From the IMG/VR virus record IMGVR_UViG_3300023108_000017: DNA of 20,000 nt; one strand, given 5' to 3'. This document shows, one piece after another, positions 1 through 9,089 of this stretch; the stretch's first letter is position 1, and every line of letters begins with the position of its first letter. This stretch comes from an uncultured virus (IMG/VR IMGVR_UViG_3300023108_000017). Lineage: Duplodnaviria > Heunggongvirae > Uroviricota > Caudoviricetes. A model generated the notes under the pieces. It had not been told where the DNA came from. It saw only the letters and a program-made list of their open reading frames with translations, and made no database searches. The position numbers were made by a program, and so were the translations under genes.

Positions 1-53
1 TCCTCTAAGTAGGAAGTATCAAGCGGAGGGAATGAAGAAGTGGGAAGAGTCAT
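1..53 (-). CDS. Start of the next operon gene (partial, runs off the window): MTLPTSSFPPLDTSYLE...
   Basis: The ATG at 53-51 overlaps the TGA at 52-50 of the 512-aa gene (ATGA coupling), and the frame is open to the window edge. Only 17 codons are visible. Confidence 0.55.
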   Translation of the reverse strand, partial: MTLPTSSFPPLDTSYLE

Positions 54-1588
54 TTATAAGCCCAAGACATGTTTAGTGAATATTGACCTTCAGTAGAGTT
101 CCAATTTTCTGTAGCCTGCTTAAGCATTACATATCCCGCAGATGAAGGTGATGGCGCTGCATTGCTTATTAGGCTATTTATCTGATCTCTAGTGTCGCTG
201 TGAACAGATGGGCTGGCGGTAATGTTGTCGCTCATAATTAATTCTACGTTTAAAGTTCTTTCATATTCTGTGGTCGTGTTCATATATTGAAATACGGGGC
301 CGTCCCTCTTGCCCATTATCTGGATAGAAGCATAAACATCGGTAGGATAAGAATCTGAAACGCTGATACTTTCAGAAATAGATCCAGTAACCACATTTGT
401 GGGTCTATTGTCATAGGTAATGTTGTAGCTAATAGCACCATCAGCGCTGGCTGAATCTGCAACAGAAATACTTTTAGGGATAGCGTTTAGAACAGAACCG
501 CAGGCGCTTTGCGCCCTAGAGTAAACAACCGAACCCATTCCATAGCTACCATTGCCAGAAATACGATTTAATACATCTTGAGCGCCACCTCCAGCTCCCG
601 CCAGAACAGATTGTCTAGAATCGGTTGGCGCTCCTATTGAATATCCATTAAGTTTTCCATCTACGGTTACGGAAACTAATCTTGAGCTTGCGTCATTTTG
701 AACCGTAGTGTTAAAAGTTTCAAACGCTCCCAGTTGTTTTAGAGTGCCGCCAGAACTATTGGCCCAGTACCCATTAATAGTGACTGAATAGCTCAATTCT
801 GCTAAGTCTATATTAACAGCGGTAGACATTCGCATTATGGAAGCACCTTGAATGTACTTATAATGATCTGTAACAACGTATGGTGAATATTCATTTATAG
901 CCATCCTGCTGTCTACAAAAGCTTTAACGCCACTACATGCATTTGCATAAAAGGTTGATGAGTTATTAACGTCAGCGCCAACGGCTGGCCTGCCTTTAGC
1001 GCTACAGGTTCTAGTAAATCTATATACCTGAGCGCCCGGATCGTCATAAAGTTTACCAAGCGAATCATCTGGTTCATAAGAAAAAACGTCTGAAAAAGAA
1101 GCTAAGGGTATTGCCACCTTGTTGCTGGTATTTCCGTGCGTCTCGCTAGTAATAGCCCCCTTGGTAGAGTCAGATGGGCTAAAAGAATCAAAGACAATAT
1201 CATACCTAGTAACACCTGCAAAATTAGAAGGCTGAACTGAAACCCTTGGATTAGTTATATTAAAAGTAGTAGTACCACCAGACTGAGAGGCTGAAGATCT
1301 TACTTCTAAAGTAGTCGCATCTTCAAAAAAGCTTTGAACACTAACTAACTGCCCCAAATTAGACGTTGAGCTACAGCCAACAGCAAAGCAGGACAAAGTA
1401 ACAGTAGTTTCGTATCCAAGGAGATGATTTCCTTGAATTACAGGATTTTCAGACCAACCTATTTGCGGGGGTGGTGTTATGTAGAAGCCTCCACCGGTTC
1501 TTTTGTTAACTATAATAGCTGCGGAGTTAGAAGCTGAAGACCCAGCTGCACTTGATTGAGAAAATTTAATCTCTTGTTCACAGGACAT
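50..1588 (-). CDS. 512-aa hypothetical tail protein with about four tandem beta-rich units (possible tail-tube/distal-tail fold)
   Basis: Starts 1 nt after the upstream stop (TAA-T-ATG). It is Ser/Thr/Gly-rich, and successive units end in similar hairpins: AGVTRYDIVFDS, AELSYSVTING, DGAISYNITYDN, EGQYSLNMSWAY. The CDS is confident; the product is inferred. Confidence 0.7.
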   Translation of the reverse strand: MSCEQEIKFSQSSAAGSSASNSAAIIVNKRTGGGFYITPPPQIGWSENPVIQGNHLLGYETTVTLSCFAVGCSSTSNLGQLVSVQSFFEDATTLEVRSSASQSGGTTTFNITNPRVSVQPSNFAGVTRYDIVFDSFSPSDSTKGAITSETHGNTSNKVAIPLASFSDVFSYEPDDSLGKLYDDPGAQVYRFTRTCSAKGRPAVGADVNNSSTFYANACSGVKAFVDSRMAINEYSPYVVTDHYKYIQGASIMRMSTAVNIDLAELSYSVTINGYWANSSGGTLKQLGAFETFNTTVQNDASSRLVSVTVDGKLNGYSIGAPTDSRQSVLAGAGGGAQDVLNRISGNGSYGMGSVVYSRAQSACGSVLNAIPKSISVADSASADGAISYNITYDNRPTNVVTGSISESISVSDSYPTDVYASIQIMGKRDGPVFQYMNTTTEYERTLNVELIMSDNITASPSVHSDTRDQINSLISNAAPSPSSAGYVMLKQATENWNSTEGQYSLNMSWAYK

Positions 1589-1589
1589 A

Positions 1590-4500
1590 TTAATACCCAG
1601 AAGAAAATAATGAAAAATTAATATCAGTAGAACTTATGCCGCCAGTAAATAAACCAACATAAGCAACACTATTTGTACCAGAAGGGCAATGAGCGTATAA
1701 GTTTATATCGTTTCCTTCCCGTATGTTCCCAAGCGCTATTGTACTTAATCCTAAAGTATTATACACATTAGAATTGTCTGGAACACTACAATAAAGCGGA
1801 ATATCGACGCTAGAAAGGCCTAAAACAGATTTTGTATATAGTGATAATGATTGAGATTCTATATCTCCTTCATCGTCTGCAACCCTGCCGTAGACAGCCT
1901 TTATTACAGGTCTGTGTATTGAAAAACCCTTAAGATTACTATCTTGACCAGAAGCCTCTATAAAGATTTCTCCTTCTGTATTACTATAAATAAATCCAGT
2001 TGTGTGATAAGTTGTGTCTAAAGTGCTATTGTCAATGCTAAGACTTACCTTTTGGTTTGGATAACCAAATACACTAGCGTTCATAAAGCATTGTTCATCT
2101 GGAACAAATGGGGGAGTATCTCTAAGCATAGCATCAAAAAGAAAAGCGGCTCCAGCTTTCTCCAAGTCTCCAGAAATGTGTGTGCCACTCGTTGCAAATT
2201 TATGATTAGGGGTTCCAATTGCTATTGTGTAATCGGCATCTGTTCGCTTAGGCCTAAAAAGAGCTATGTTTCTTCCGAAATGCTCATTCTCTGTGCCAGA
2301 AGCGACAACTTGAGATACTTCGTCGTAGCTTTGTTGTAATCTGGACTTGTAACCATCAGGTATAAGCTTTTCAACCAAGGTCCAAGATTGTTCTTTTGTT
2401 TTAGCATTAGTAATTTTGTTTTCAAATGTGTAAACAGCGCCATTGTTCATGACACCACTAATGATACCAATTAAATCTCTAACCTCTGGATCACCCAAGT
2501 CTATAAGCTCTCTGGCTTGAGCGTCATATTCAAAATTAAAAGACTTAAACTCAAAAGCCCCTTCGATAATGGTTGTGCTGGACAGATCTACATTGATAGA
2601 ATAGTCGTGTCCCGGCGCTCCTACGGCAAGTAGATCACTATAAATTTTTACGAAACTTCCAAACTGGTCAGTAAAGGTTGAATACTTTAAAAGATCATCT
2701 AAGGAATAATCGTTTTCGCCCAAATGTTCTATAAGTTTAGATTCTATTGAGCTATCTAAGTCTTGACCAACGCCGATGCTCTTTGGTCTTAATTTAGAAA
2801 TAAATTGCCAAGGTATTCCGCGACCAGAAAGTGTTACTCCTTCTCCTGTTTTTTCATAAATGTAAACTGATCCAGCGCCACCATTTCTGCTGGTAATAGT
2901 ACCAAACGGCTGTGTGTAACTTTCTGTTTCTTGAACAACACCGCTCCAACTAATAGGCTGTTCTTCGTAATAGGCGGCGAAGGGAGAACCCACAACAAGC
3001 TTCCCTCTATGATAATCTATAGAATATCCAAAAAGGTCTCCGGGATACCCAGAAACAAAAACGTCTGGATCTATAAAATCTGCTCCATGCGCGTCAATAA
3101 TAGACGGCTTTCCACCAAGTATATTTGAGTCTTCGTAGTAAACGCCACCTACTTCTTGATTGAACTTTGAATTAGATCCATAAAAGTTTTGACTATCTCT
3201 AAATTTAGAAAACACAGCTGAAGAATTTTCACTTGTTAAATCTGGACGTTGAGCCGTTTCATAGTTTAAGGTTTCATTGAACATGTAAAGATTATTACCA
3301 GAGTTTACTATAGGATTATTTTCTGGAATAAACCTTTCTATCAAGCCGCTGTTGCCAATGTTAGCAAACAGCCGCGCAGGGCTACTTCTTTCTGGAGCGA
3401 TAATTTTGGTAACCGAAGTGGCAGAAAAAAGCTTAGAATTTTCATTTTCTGGAAAAACAGTGTCTGGGTAAAGACTTCTAATAAAGTTTGCATTTTCCTC
3501 TATTACTTCTCCGCTACGGAAGATGCATGGACCCTCAATAATGCTAGCATCACTAATTAGCGTAATTCTAGATTGATTTATACCCTGCCTTGTAGGACTG
3601 CCATAATACAACTCCTGAGCAACCACTACTGGACCATCGTTGATTTTAGCATCTTCAAAAATATTGCTACAATCATCTAGCCTAAAGAAATCAACATTGC
3701 CGGGGCAATATTTATTGCTATTAGAGTTCATTGGAAATGGGTCGGGAAACTCTACAGTAGTAGTAAAAGCCTCAGAACCCGGATCTGTAATCTCCCACTC
3801 GTATCTAGGAACGCGAGACATTAGTGGAGATTCTATTACGTCAACTAACGCTCCAGAAATTCCAACTAAAGCAACCGTGCTTGGCGCTTCATCATACTTA
3901 AAGCCAACCCGAGAGCTATTGCCAGAAATAAAGAAAGACACTTCATCTACACCGGGAAGAGTGTGGAATTCTATAATATTAGATTTAAGTAAGGTGTCTT
4001 GACTCCTTCCTCCAATTTGAGAAATAACGCCAACTGGGCCATGAAACACAGAACTAAAAGTATCATCAGAATTTAAATTGTAAATGTCTTGATCGGGGGG
4101 AATAAAGGGAGAAGTAAAGCTAGGTAAAGCGTTGCAATTGGTCACGTAAACGGTTAGAGGTTCTTTTTCATAGAATGAATAAGCAGCGGTATCTAAAAAG
4201 ACTCTGTAAGCAGTGTTGGGCCGAACGGGGAAAGAAATACGGGCAGTGCCACTCTTCATGTAGTAAAAGCCCAAATCATAAAATTTATCATCAACAATTC
4301 CATGATTCAGAGATGCTATAGCTGTTCCATTCTGAAGATTAATAGGTATAAAATTAGAAGTTCTTGTGTCTAATGTAATTTCATAAATATCATCTCTACT
4401 TGGAATAAAGCCATATCTAGCGCGATAGTTATAAGGATTGATGTCGGGATAAAATCTACTTAAACTTGTTTCGAATCTTTGTAGAAAATAAAAGTTTCTA

Positions 4501-7500
4501 TTATTGTAATCAACGTCTTGCGTATTATGTGCATATCTAGACTTGTTTGTTAGATAAAGCGGCTTCATGGTTAAGCCAAGTTTTTCTAGCAATATTTCTG
4601 CATTCTTTGCCGAAATCTCGTTATCATAAGTTACGATTATTTTTTTATCTTCTTGATTAAGCCATTTTTTAAGTGTCTCGATCTCTTGATCCGATGGGGC
4701 ATTAAGGGGATTGGCAACCCAGCAAACATCGTATCTATTTCCGTTAGGATGTCCAGAAATTAGTTGAGACAAACTAACATTGGTTGAAACTGTGTTTCCA
4801 GTATTCCTTAGAACAAGCTCGATGATAGAATCTGGATTAGCGTCCTTGAAGCCAGAGCGACCAGCCCAAGAATTTATTTGGGCCACGTAAGAAGAACCAA
4901 ATCGGTTTTTAGCAACCATATTAAAGTAGAAGTTAATGTTTTTATCACCGAGGCCAGTGTAAAGAATTTCTAGATTTTCAGTAGCTAAAGTTCCTATTAA
5001 AAATAATTGACTATTTTTAGTCTCTGGAATGCTCTCAGACGCAGCTAAGTGACACGCATCAGAAACCACGACCTCTCCAAGGGTTGTGTCAATGCCATTA
5101 GAGGATTTGGATTGTAATATAGGATTTAAGCCCATCTTGTAGGGAGGATTAAAAAACTTGTTAGTATTAGAATTTAAATTTACATTTGTATTTAAACTAT
5201 TGTAAAGCTCTAACTCTTCTGTCCATCCAAATTCAATTTCTCCCGTGGTAAGATTTCCGTAGGCTGGAGAAACATCTGTTTGCACGTAATCGTAATACTG
5301 AAAAAGACCAGAGGTTGGCGGTATGGCGGGAATGTTTACTACCTGTGGTTCTTTGTAATATCCAGCTACCATTAATGGAACTGGAGGTTGCTTGCCGGGG
5401 AATCGCTCTGCAAATAAATTAGGCCAATTCATTACGCCGTCTTCACTATTCCAGTTAGTTCTTAAATCGCCAGAGTGAGTCAGGGGTGGAGAACAGTAGT
5501 CGTTGTGCTGTCTGTAATACTCTGAGCATGTATAGTATTCATAAACATCTGGGGCGTGAATTCTAATATCTGCAACTCCGTTTCCAAAGACATTAGCGCT
5601 TGTGTCAACATATGTATCTATAGAATTTTCTGGCCTAAAGGAAGGTAGTATATTTGGCCTAAGAGGACAAGAACCCTGAGTGCTAAGAGCAGCACTTTCA
5701 GTATTGGGGGTGTTAACTAGTCTCATAGAAGAATCTAATTTTGAAAGTATGTTGTTCAAAATAGGATTAGATTGATTAAATCTTCCGGCTTGCTCGAAAT
5801 TTCCATCGTTGCCAACAAGAACTAAATTTCTATCACCAAGATTTAACCAGTTTTTAATTCTATTCATCACTTCGATATTACTAAAATCTACCTCTGGGCA
5901 AATGATCATTAACATCCCAGCGTCTTCAGGTATCTCAAAGTCGCTAAAGTCTGTTCTATTGAAAGATATTCCAGAAGGACTAAATAAATTTGAAAAATGA
6001 TCGAACGATTCTGGGAAGCTCTGTTCATATAAAGCTTTATCTTTGTTTCCAAACTTTGAATATTCTACAACACGATTATGCCTAAAATACTTAATAGAAT
6101 CTAAAACTCTAACAGCTCCAGCATTAACATAGGAAGGCCATAGTATCTGGCCGGAATTGTCGGGGTTGTAATACGAGTTTGTGTCATCTAACTCGTCTAA
6201 ACTATCAGTTGGACAACCGAATGCTACAGATTCTCCAGCGTCTTCTACGGCTACGCTGTATCCCATTCTAGAAGTTGGTGCAAACTCTTCTAATAAACTT
6301 AAGTAAGTACCCTTGTAGTCGATGTCTGTATAACTATAGGTGAAATTGTGCTTGTATTCTTGTATTGGCTTATCACCCCAGAAATCAACATCGTGTCTGT
6401 AGTCGTATTTTTCCTGATGTGAAAGCTCAAAGAATAAAGATCTGTATACACCAGAATCTCCGTCTATGAAATTACCAGAAGCTCTCAAATTTTCTATAGT
6501 GAACTTTAAATAAGCATATCTTTCGTTTAGCTCGTCTTTTTCTAAATGATAATCTACCCAACTTTCAATATTGCTATACATTCTATGTTGTTCTCTTGGG
6601 TCTCTCTCGTAAACCATTATAGCTTCATTGATATACGGAGATCCTATTGCCAAAATAGATCCATCTTCACTCATCTTAATAGATTTACCAAACAGATCAG
6701 GAGTGATAGTATTGTCTTCGGTGGGAGAATTAATTTGTTGAATCAAGTTCCAAGAATCAGATTCTTTTTCGAATAAGTAAACACAACCACCGCTACTGGG
6801 TGGAATGTTAAACTCAGGGAGATTTTCATTGAAAACTCCAAAAGTAGAAGGGTCTGTCAAAAGACTTAAATGATTATTAGTAGCAAGTCTTCCGCTGTCT
6901 AGCGTGAAGTCAATGACAGTAGTTGTTTGTAAAATCCAATTTTCATCCAAAGAGGTAGTAGAAAGTACGGCTCCAGATGAAGGATTTCCAAAAACATCCG
7001 TAACGCCACTTTGGAAGGCGTATTCTTGGTAATGTTCTTTAAACCTGCTAAGGGCTGGCTCTATTGCTGAAGAACCTAAAGATCTAGAGTTATCAACATA
7101 CACGCCCAAGATTGCTGGTATATTATTGTGCTGCTTGTTTGTATCATATGGATAAAGTTCATAGAAAGCATTTTTTATTTGATCTAATATTTCATCGTCT
7201 ATGTCTAAGAATTCTTGACTACCATAAGCCTCTTCTCTATGTCTAGTGATTGGTTTTTTGACAATAAAAGAAGGTTGTGGTTCTGGGAAACTTGGGCTTG
7301 GCTGTATGTCTGGATCAATCGGATGAAATATCACGATATTTATATTCAAAGAGATGGTTGGTAGCGAGTAATAAGTATACAATAGATTTTTAGAAGTAAT
7401 AGATTTAACAATGTCCCTGTAGGTTAGCGTGTATTCCTCGCCCCTTATTGTCACAGTAAAGCTAGGCAAAAATTCGTCGGTAAAAACAAAGAAAATTATA

Positions 7501-9077
7501 TCATTGCTTTGTACTTGTAAGTCAGGAAATGTTCTAGACCACTGGGCGTTTGGAGCAGAAACTGCAATTATTTCTCTATTATCGCTATTAATCCAAGGGT
7601 CATCGTTTGGAACAGAGCATATATGAATATTATTTCCAAAATTTCTTCCTTCTTGACCAAGGTTCCAATTCCTCAAAATAATATCAATTCCATCTTCTTG
7701 GGTTGTTGGAGTGTCAGTGTAATAATCTCTCAGTATTCCAGACGGAAGCCTCAATTGTCCTTCTAAATACCATCCAGCTTTGTTGCTAACAATTTGGTCA
7801 AAATCAGGCTCTGGACCTCGCCTATAAAGAAAGACTGTTCCTGCATCTTGAAGGGTGTACCCCAGCTCGTCTTGAAAAGAAAAGTGGGGAGATCCAACAG
7901 CGAGTAAATCTCCATTCATAGAAAGACTGCTACCATACTGATCTCCAGCATTCCTTCCGTTCTGCACAAATGGGCTATCACCAATAAGCTTCAATCCAGA
8001 GTAAGCAACGTCGCTACCATCAATGGTATATTCCCAGCTGGCTAATTCTTTGGGAGCAGTAATCTTTGCTGAAGATCCAGATTGGCCTATAATATTTATG
8101 AAATATTTTTGCAAAGGCAATAACTTGTCGAGTTTTCTAAAACCATAAAAATGCCCACTGTAAGGAACTTCAGATCCAAAGGCGTTTATGTCTAAATTAG
8201 TATAAACATCTGAGGCTCTAAGAATGCCACCATCAACACAAACTGGATCAAACCAAACAGTGTCATGAGTTTCAACGCTTACGTCTTCGCAAGTACCTTG
8301 ACCGCAACCTCCATAACAAATAAGTTGAACACCACGAATAGCGTCTGTTGCGGGAACGGTTGCGTAAACATCGTCGTTAGGCTCAGAATTCAAGCCAAAG
8401 TCATAAGAGTCCCATTTAATTAAATAATTATTAGCCAAAAATAAACCAAGGCTATCAGAAATGTTTTGAAATGATACATAATTTTCAATATATAGAGACA
8501 TTCCTTCAGCAGCAGGCGCTTCTTGAAAAAAGCCAGAAATATATAAGCTGCATGAAGAAGTTTCAACAGGAGTTCTTGAGAACTCAAGCTGCCACAAAGA
8601 AAGCATCAATGATGAATCTGAAACGCTATAGTCAGCAACGTCAATGCTTAAATGTAATAAATTGTCCACCGGCAGTCCGGGTGGATTATCTTTGGCTACA
8701 AACAAGTTGAGATAAGGGTTGTCTTCGTCTGAAAGTATATTTTCAGCACCATTAACAAATATGGGCATATAGTCAAATGGATCTAAATTATTATCGCCCC
8801 CGCCGTCTCCATCGCCGCCTCCTTCTCCTCCCCCGTCGTCATCGTCTTGGTTTATGAAAGGATTGTTAAAAGAAAATGTTGTCAGGGTATGAAGAGACAT
8901 GGAGGAGTAATAAACATTATCGCCAGAAGCATAAAGGTTCATTTCATATTCTGGAGGTGTCTGTCCAGAATGATATAAATTCAATTGATCATAAGAATAT
9001 TCCTTGCCGTTGACAAAAAGATTAATATCATCTTTTTGGTAGTAATCACCGCCAACGAATAAATTAAAACCTGCCAT
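1590..9077 (-). CDS. 2495-aa FG-GAP repeat (integrin-alpha-type beta-propeller) virion protein; putative giant tail adhesin or receptor-binding protein
   Basis: Long ORF preceded by an SD-like AGGA. It has seven FG-GAP-type units, e.g. GDQYGSSLSMNGDLLAVGSP...DAGTVFLY, DLFGKSIKMSEDGSILAIGSP, GDLFGYSIDYHRGKLVVGSP...GAGSVYIYE and DQFGSFVKIYSDLLAVGAPG...NGAVYTFE. It lies in a tail operon downstream of the TMP. Confidence 0.82.
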   Translation of the reverse strand: MAGFNLFVGGDYYQKDDINLFVNGKEYSYDQLNLYHSGQTPPEYEMNLYASGDNVYYSSMSLHTLTTFSFNNPFINQDDDDGGGEGGGDGDGGGDNNLDPFDYMPIFVNGAENILSDEDNPYLNLFVAKDNPPGLPVDNLLHLSIDVADYSVSDSSLMLSLWQLEFSRTPVETSSCSLYISGFFQEAPAAEGMSLYIENYVSFQNISDSLGLFLANNYLIKWDSYDFGLNSEPNDDVYATVPATDAIRGVQLICYGGCGQGTCEDVSVETHDTVWFDPVCVDGGILRASDVYTNLDINAFGSEVPYSGHFYGFRKLDKLLPLQKYFINIIGQSGSSAKITAPKELASWEYTIDGSDVAYSGLKLIGDSPFVQNGRNAGDQYGSSLSMNGDLLAVGSPHFSFQDELGYTLQDAGTVFLYRRGPEPDFDQIVSNKAGWYLEGQLRLPSGILRDYYTDTPTTQEDGIDIILRNWNLGQEGRNFGNNIHICSVPNDDPWINSDNREIIAVSAPNAQWSRTFPDLQVQSNDIIFFVFTDEFLPSFTVTIRGEEYTLTYRDIVKSITSKNLLYTYYSLPTISLNINIVIFHPIDPDIQPSPSFPEPQPSFIVKKPITRHREEAYGSQEFLDIDDEILDQIKNAFYELYPYDTNKQHNNIPAILGVYVDNSRSLGSSAIEPALSRFKEHYQEYAFQSGVTDVFGNPSSGAVLSTTSLDENWILQTTTVIDFTLDSGRLATNNHLSLLTDPSTFGVFNENLPEFNIPPSSGGCVYLFEKESDSWNLIQQINSPTEDNTITPDLFGKSIKMSEDGSILAIGSPYINEAIMVYERDPREQHRMYSNIESWVDYHLEKDELNERYAYLKFTIENLRASGNFIDGDSGVYRSLFFELSHQEKYDYRHDVDFWGDKPIQEYKHNFTYSYTDIDYKGTYLSLLEEFAPTSRMGYSVAVEDAGESVAFGCPTDSLDELDDTNSYYNPDNSGQILWPSYVNAGAVRVLDSIKYFRHNRVVEYSKFGNKDKALYEQSFPESFDHFSNLFSPSGISFNRTDFSDFEIPEDAGMLMIICPEVDFSNIEVMNRIKNWLNLGDRNLVLVGNDGNFEQAGRFNQSNPILNNILSKLDSSMRLVNTPNTESAALSTQGSCPLRPNILPSFRPENSIDTYVDTSANVFGNGVADIRIHAPDVYEYYTCSEYYRQHNDYCSPPLTHSGDLRTNWNSEDGVMNWPNLFAERFPGKQPPVPLMVAGYYKEPQVVNIPAIPPTSGLFQYYDYVQTDVSPAYGNLTTGEIEFGWTEELELYNSLNTNVNLNSNTNKFFNPPYKMGLNPILQSKSSNGIDTTLGEVVVSDACHLAASESIPETKNSQLFLIGTLATENLEILYTGLGDKNINFYFNMVAKNRFGSSYVAQINSWAGRSGFKDANPDSIIELVLRNTGNTVSTNVSLSQLISGHPNGNRYDVCWVANPLNAPSDQEIETLKKWLNQEDKKIIVTYDNEISAKNAEILLEKLGLTMKPLYLTNKSRYAHNTQDVDYNNRNFYFLQRFETSLSRFYPDINPYNYRARYGFIPSRDDIYEITLDTRTSNFIPINLQNGTAIASLNHGIVDDKFYDLGFYYMKSGTARISFPVRPNTAYRVFLDTAAYSFYEKEPLTVYVTNCNALPSFTSPFIPPDQDIYNLNSDDTFSSVFHGPVGVISQIGGRSQDTLLKSNIIEFHTLPGVDEVSFFISGNSSRVGFKYDEAPSTVALVGISGALVDVIESPLMSRVPRYEWEITDPGSEAFTTTVEFPDPFPMNSNSNKYCPGNVDFFRLDDCSNIFEDAKINDGPVVVAQELYYGSPTRQGINQSRITLISDASIIEGPCIFRSGEVIEENANFIRSLYPDTVFPENENSKLFSATSVTKIIAPERSSPARLFANIGNSGLIERFIPENNPIVNSGNNLYMFNETLNYETAQRPDLTSENSSAVFSKFRDSQNFYGSNSKFNQEVGGVYYEDSNILGGKPSIIDAHGADFIDPDVFVSGYPGDLFGYSIDYHRGKLVVGSPFAAYYEEQPISWSGVVQETESYTQPFGTITSRNGGAGSVYIYEKTGEGVTLSGRGIPWQFISKLRPKSIGVGQDLDSSIESKLIEHLGENDYSLDDLLKYSTFTDQFGSFVKIYSDLLAVGAPGHDYSINVDLSSTTIIEGAFEFKSFNFEYDAQARELIDLGDPEVRDLIGIISGVMNNGAVYTFENKITNAKTKEQSWTLVEKLIPDGYKSRLQQSYDEVSQVVASGTENEHFGRNIALFRPKRTDADYTIAIGTPNHKFATSGTHISGDLEKAGAAFLFDAMLRDTPPFVPDEQCFMNASVFGYPNQKVSLSIDNSTLDTTYHTTGFIYSNTEGEIFIEASGQDSNLKGFSIHRPVIKAVYGRVADDEGDIESQSLSLYTKSVLGLSSVDIPLYCSVPDNSNVYNTLGLSTIALGNIREGNDINLYAHCPSGTNSVAYVGLFTGGISSTDINFSLFSSGY
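1593..1853 (-). repeat. C-terminal degenerate short repeats of the same type in the 2495-aa protein
   Basis: LSLYTKS, IPLYCSV, LGLSTIA, INLYAHC, VGLFTGG, FSLFSSG. Confidence 0.75.
8430..9077 (-). repeat. N-terminal degenerate short repeats ([LIM]xL[FY]xxG-like) and an Asp/Gly linker in the 2495-aa protein
   Basis: FNLFVGG, INLFVNG, LNLYHSG, MNLYASG, MPIFVNG, LNLFVAK, CSLYISG, MSLYIEN, LGLFLAN; the linker is DDDDGGGEGGGDGDGGGD at about 8795-8850. Confidence 0.8.
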
Positions 9078-9089
9078 TTTATTATCCTA
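9078..9089 (-). promoter_or_regulatory. Putative ribosome-binding site overlapping the upstream stop codon
   Basis: The minus strand reads TAGGATAATAAA-ATG. AGGA overlaps the TAG of the 1339-aa gene and sits 7 nt before the ATG. Confidence 0.5.

Noticed and set aside
1..2000. Apparent abundance of CTAG/TCTAGA sites
   Set aside because: A rough hand count (about 7 CTAG in the first 2 kb) is near what base composition predicts. It shows a lack of depletion, not enrichment.
1590..9077. Eukaryotic integrin or a cellular secreted adhesin
   Set aside because: There is no signal peptide, TM anchor or intron, and the gene is translationally coupled within a phage tail operon.
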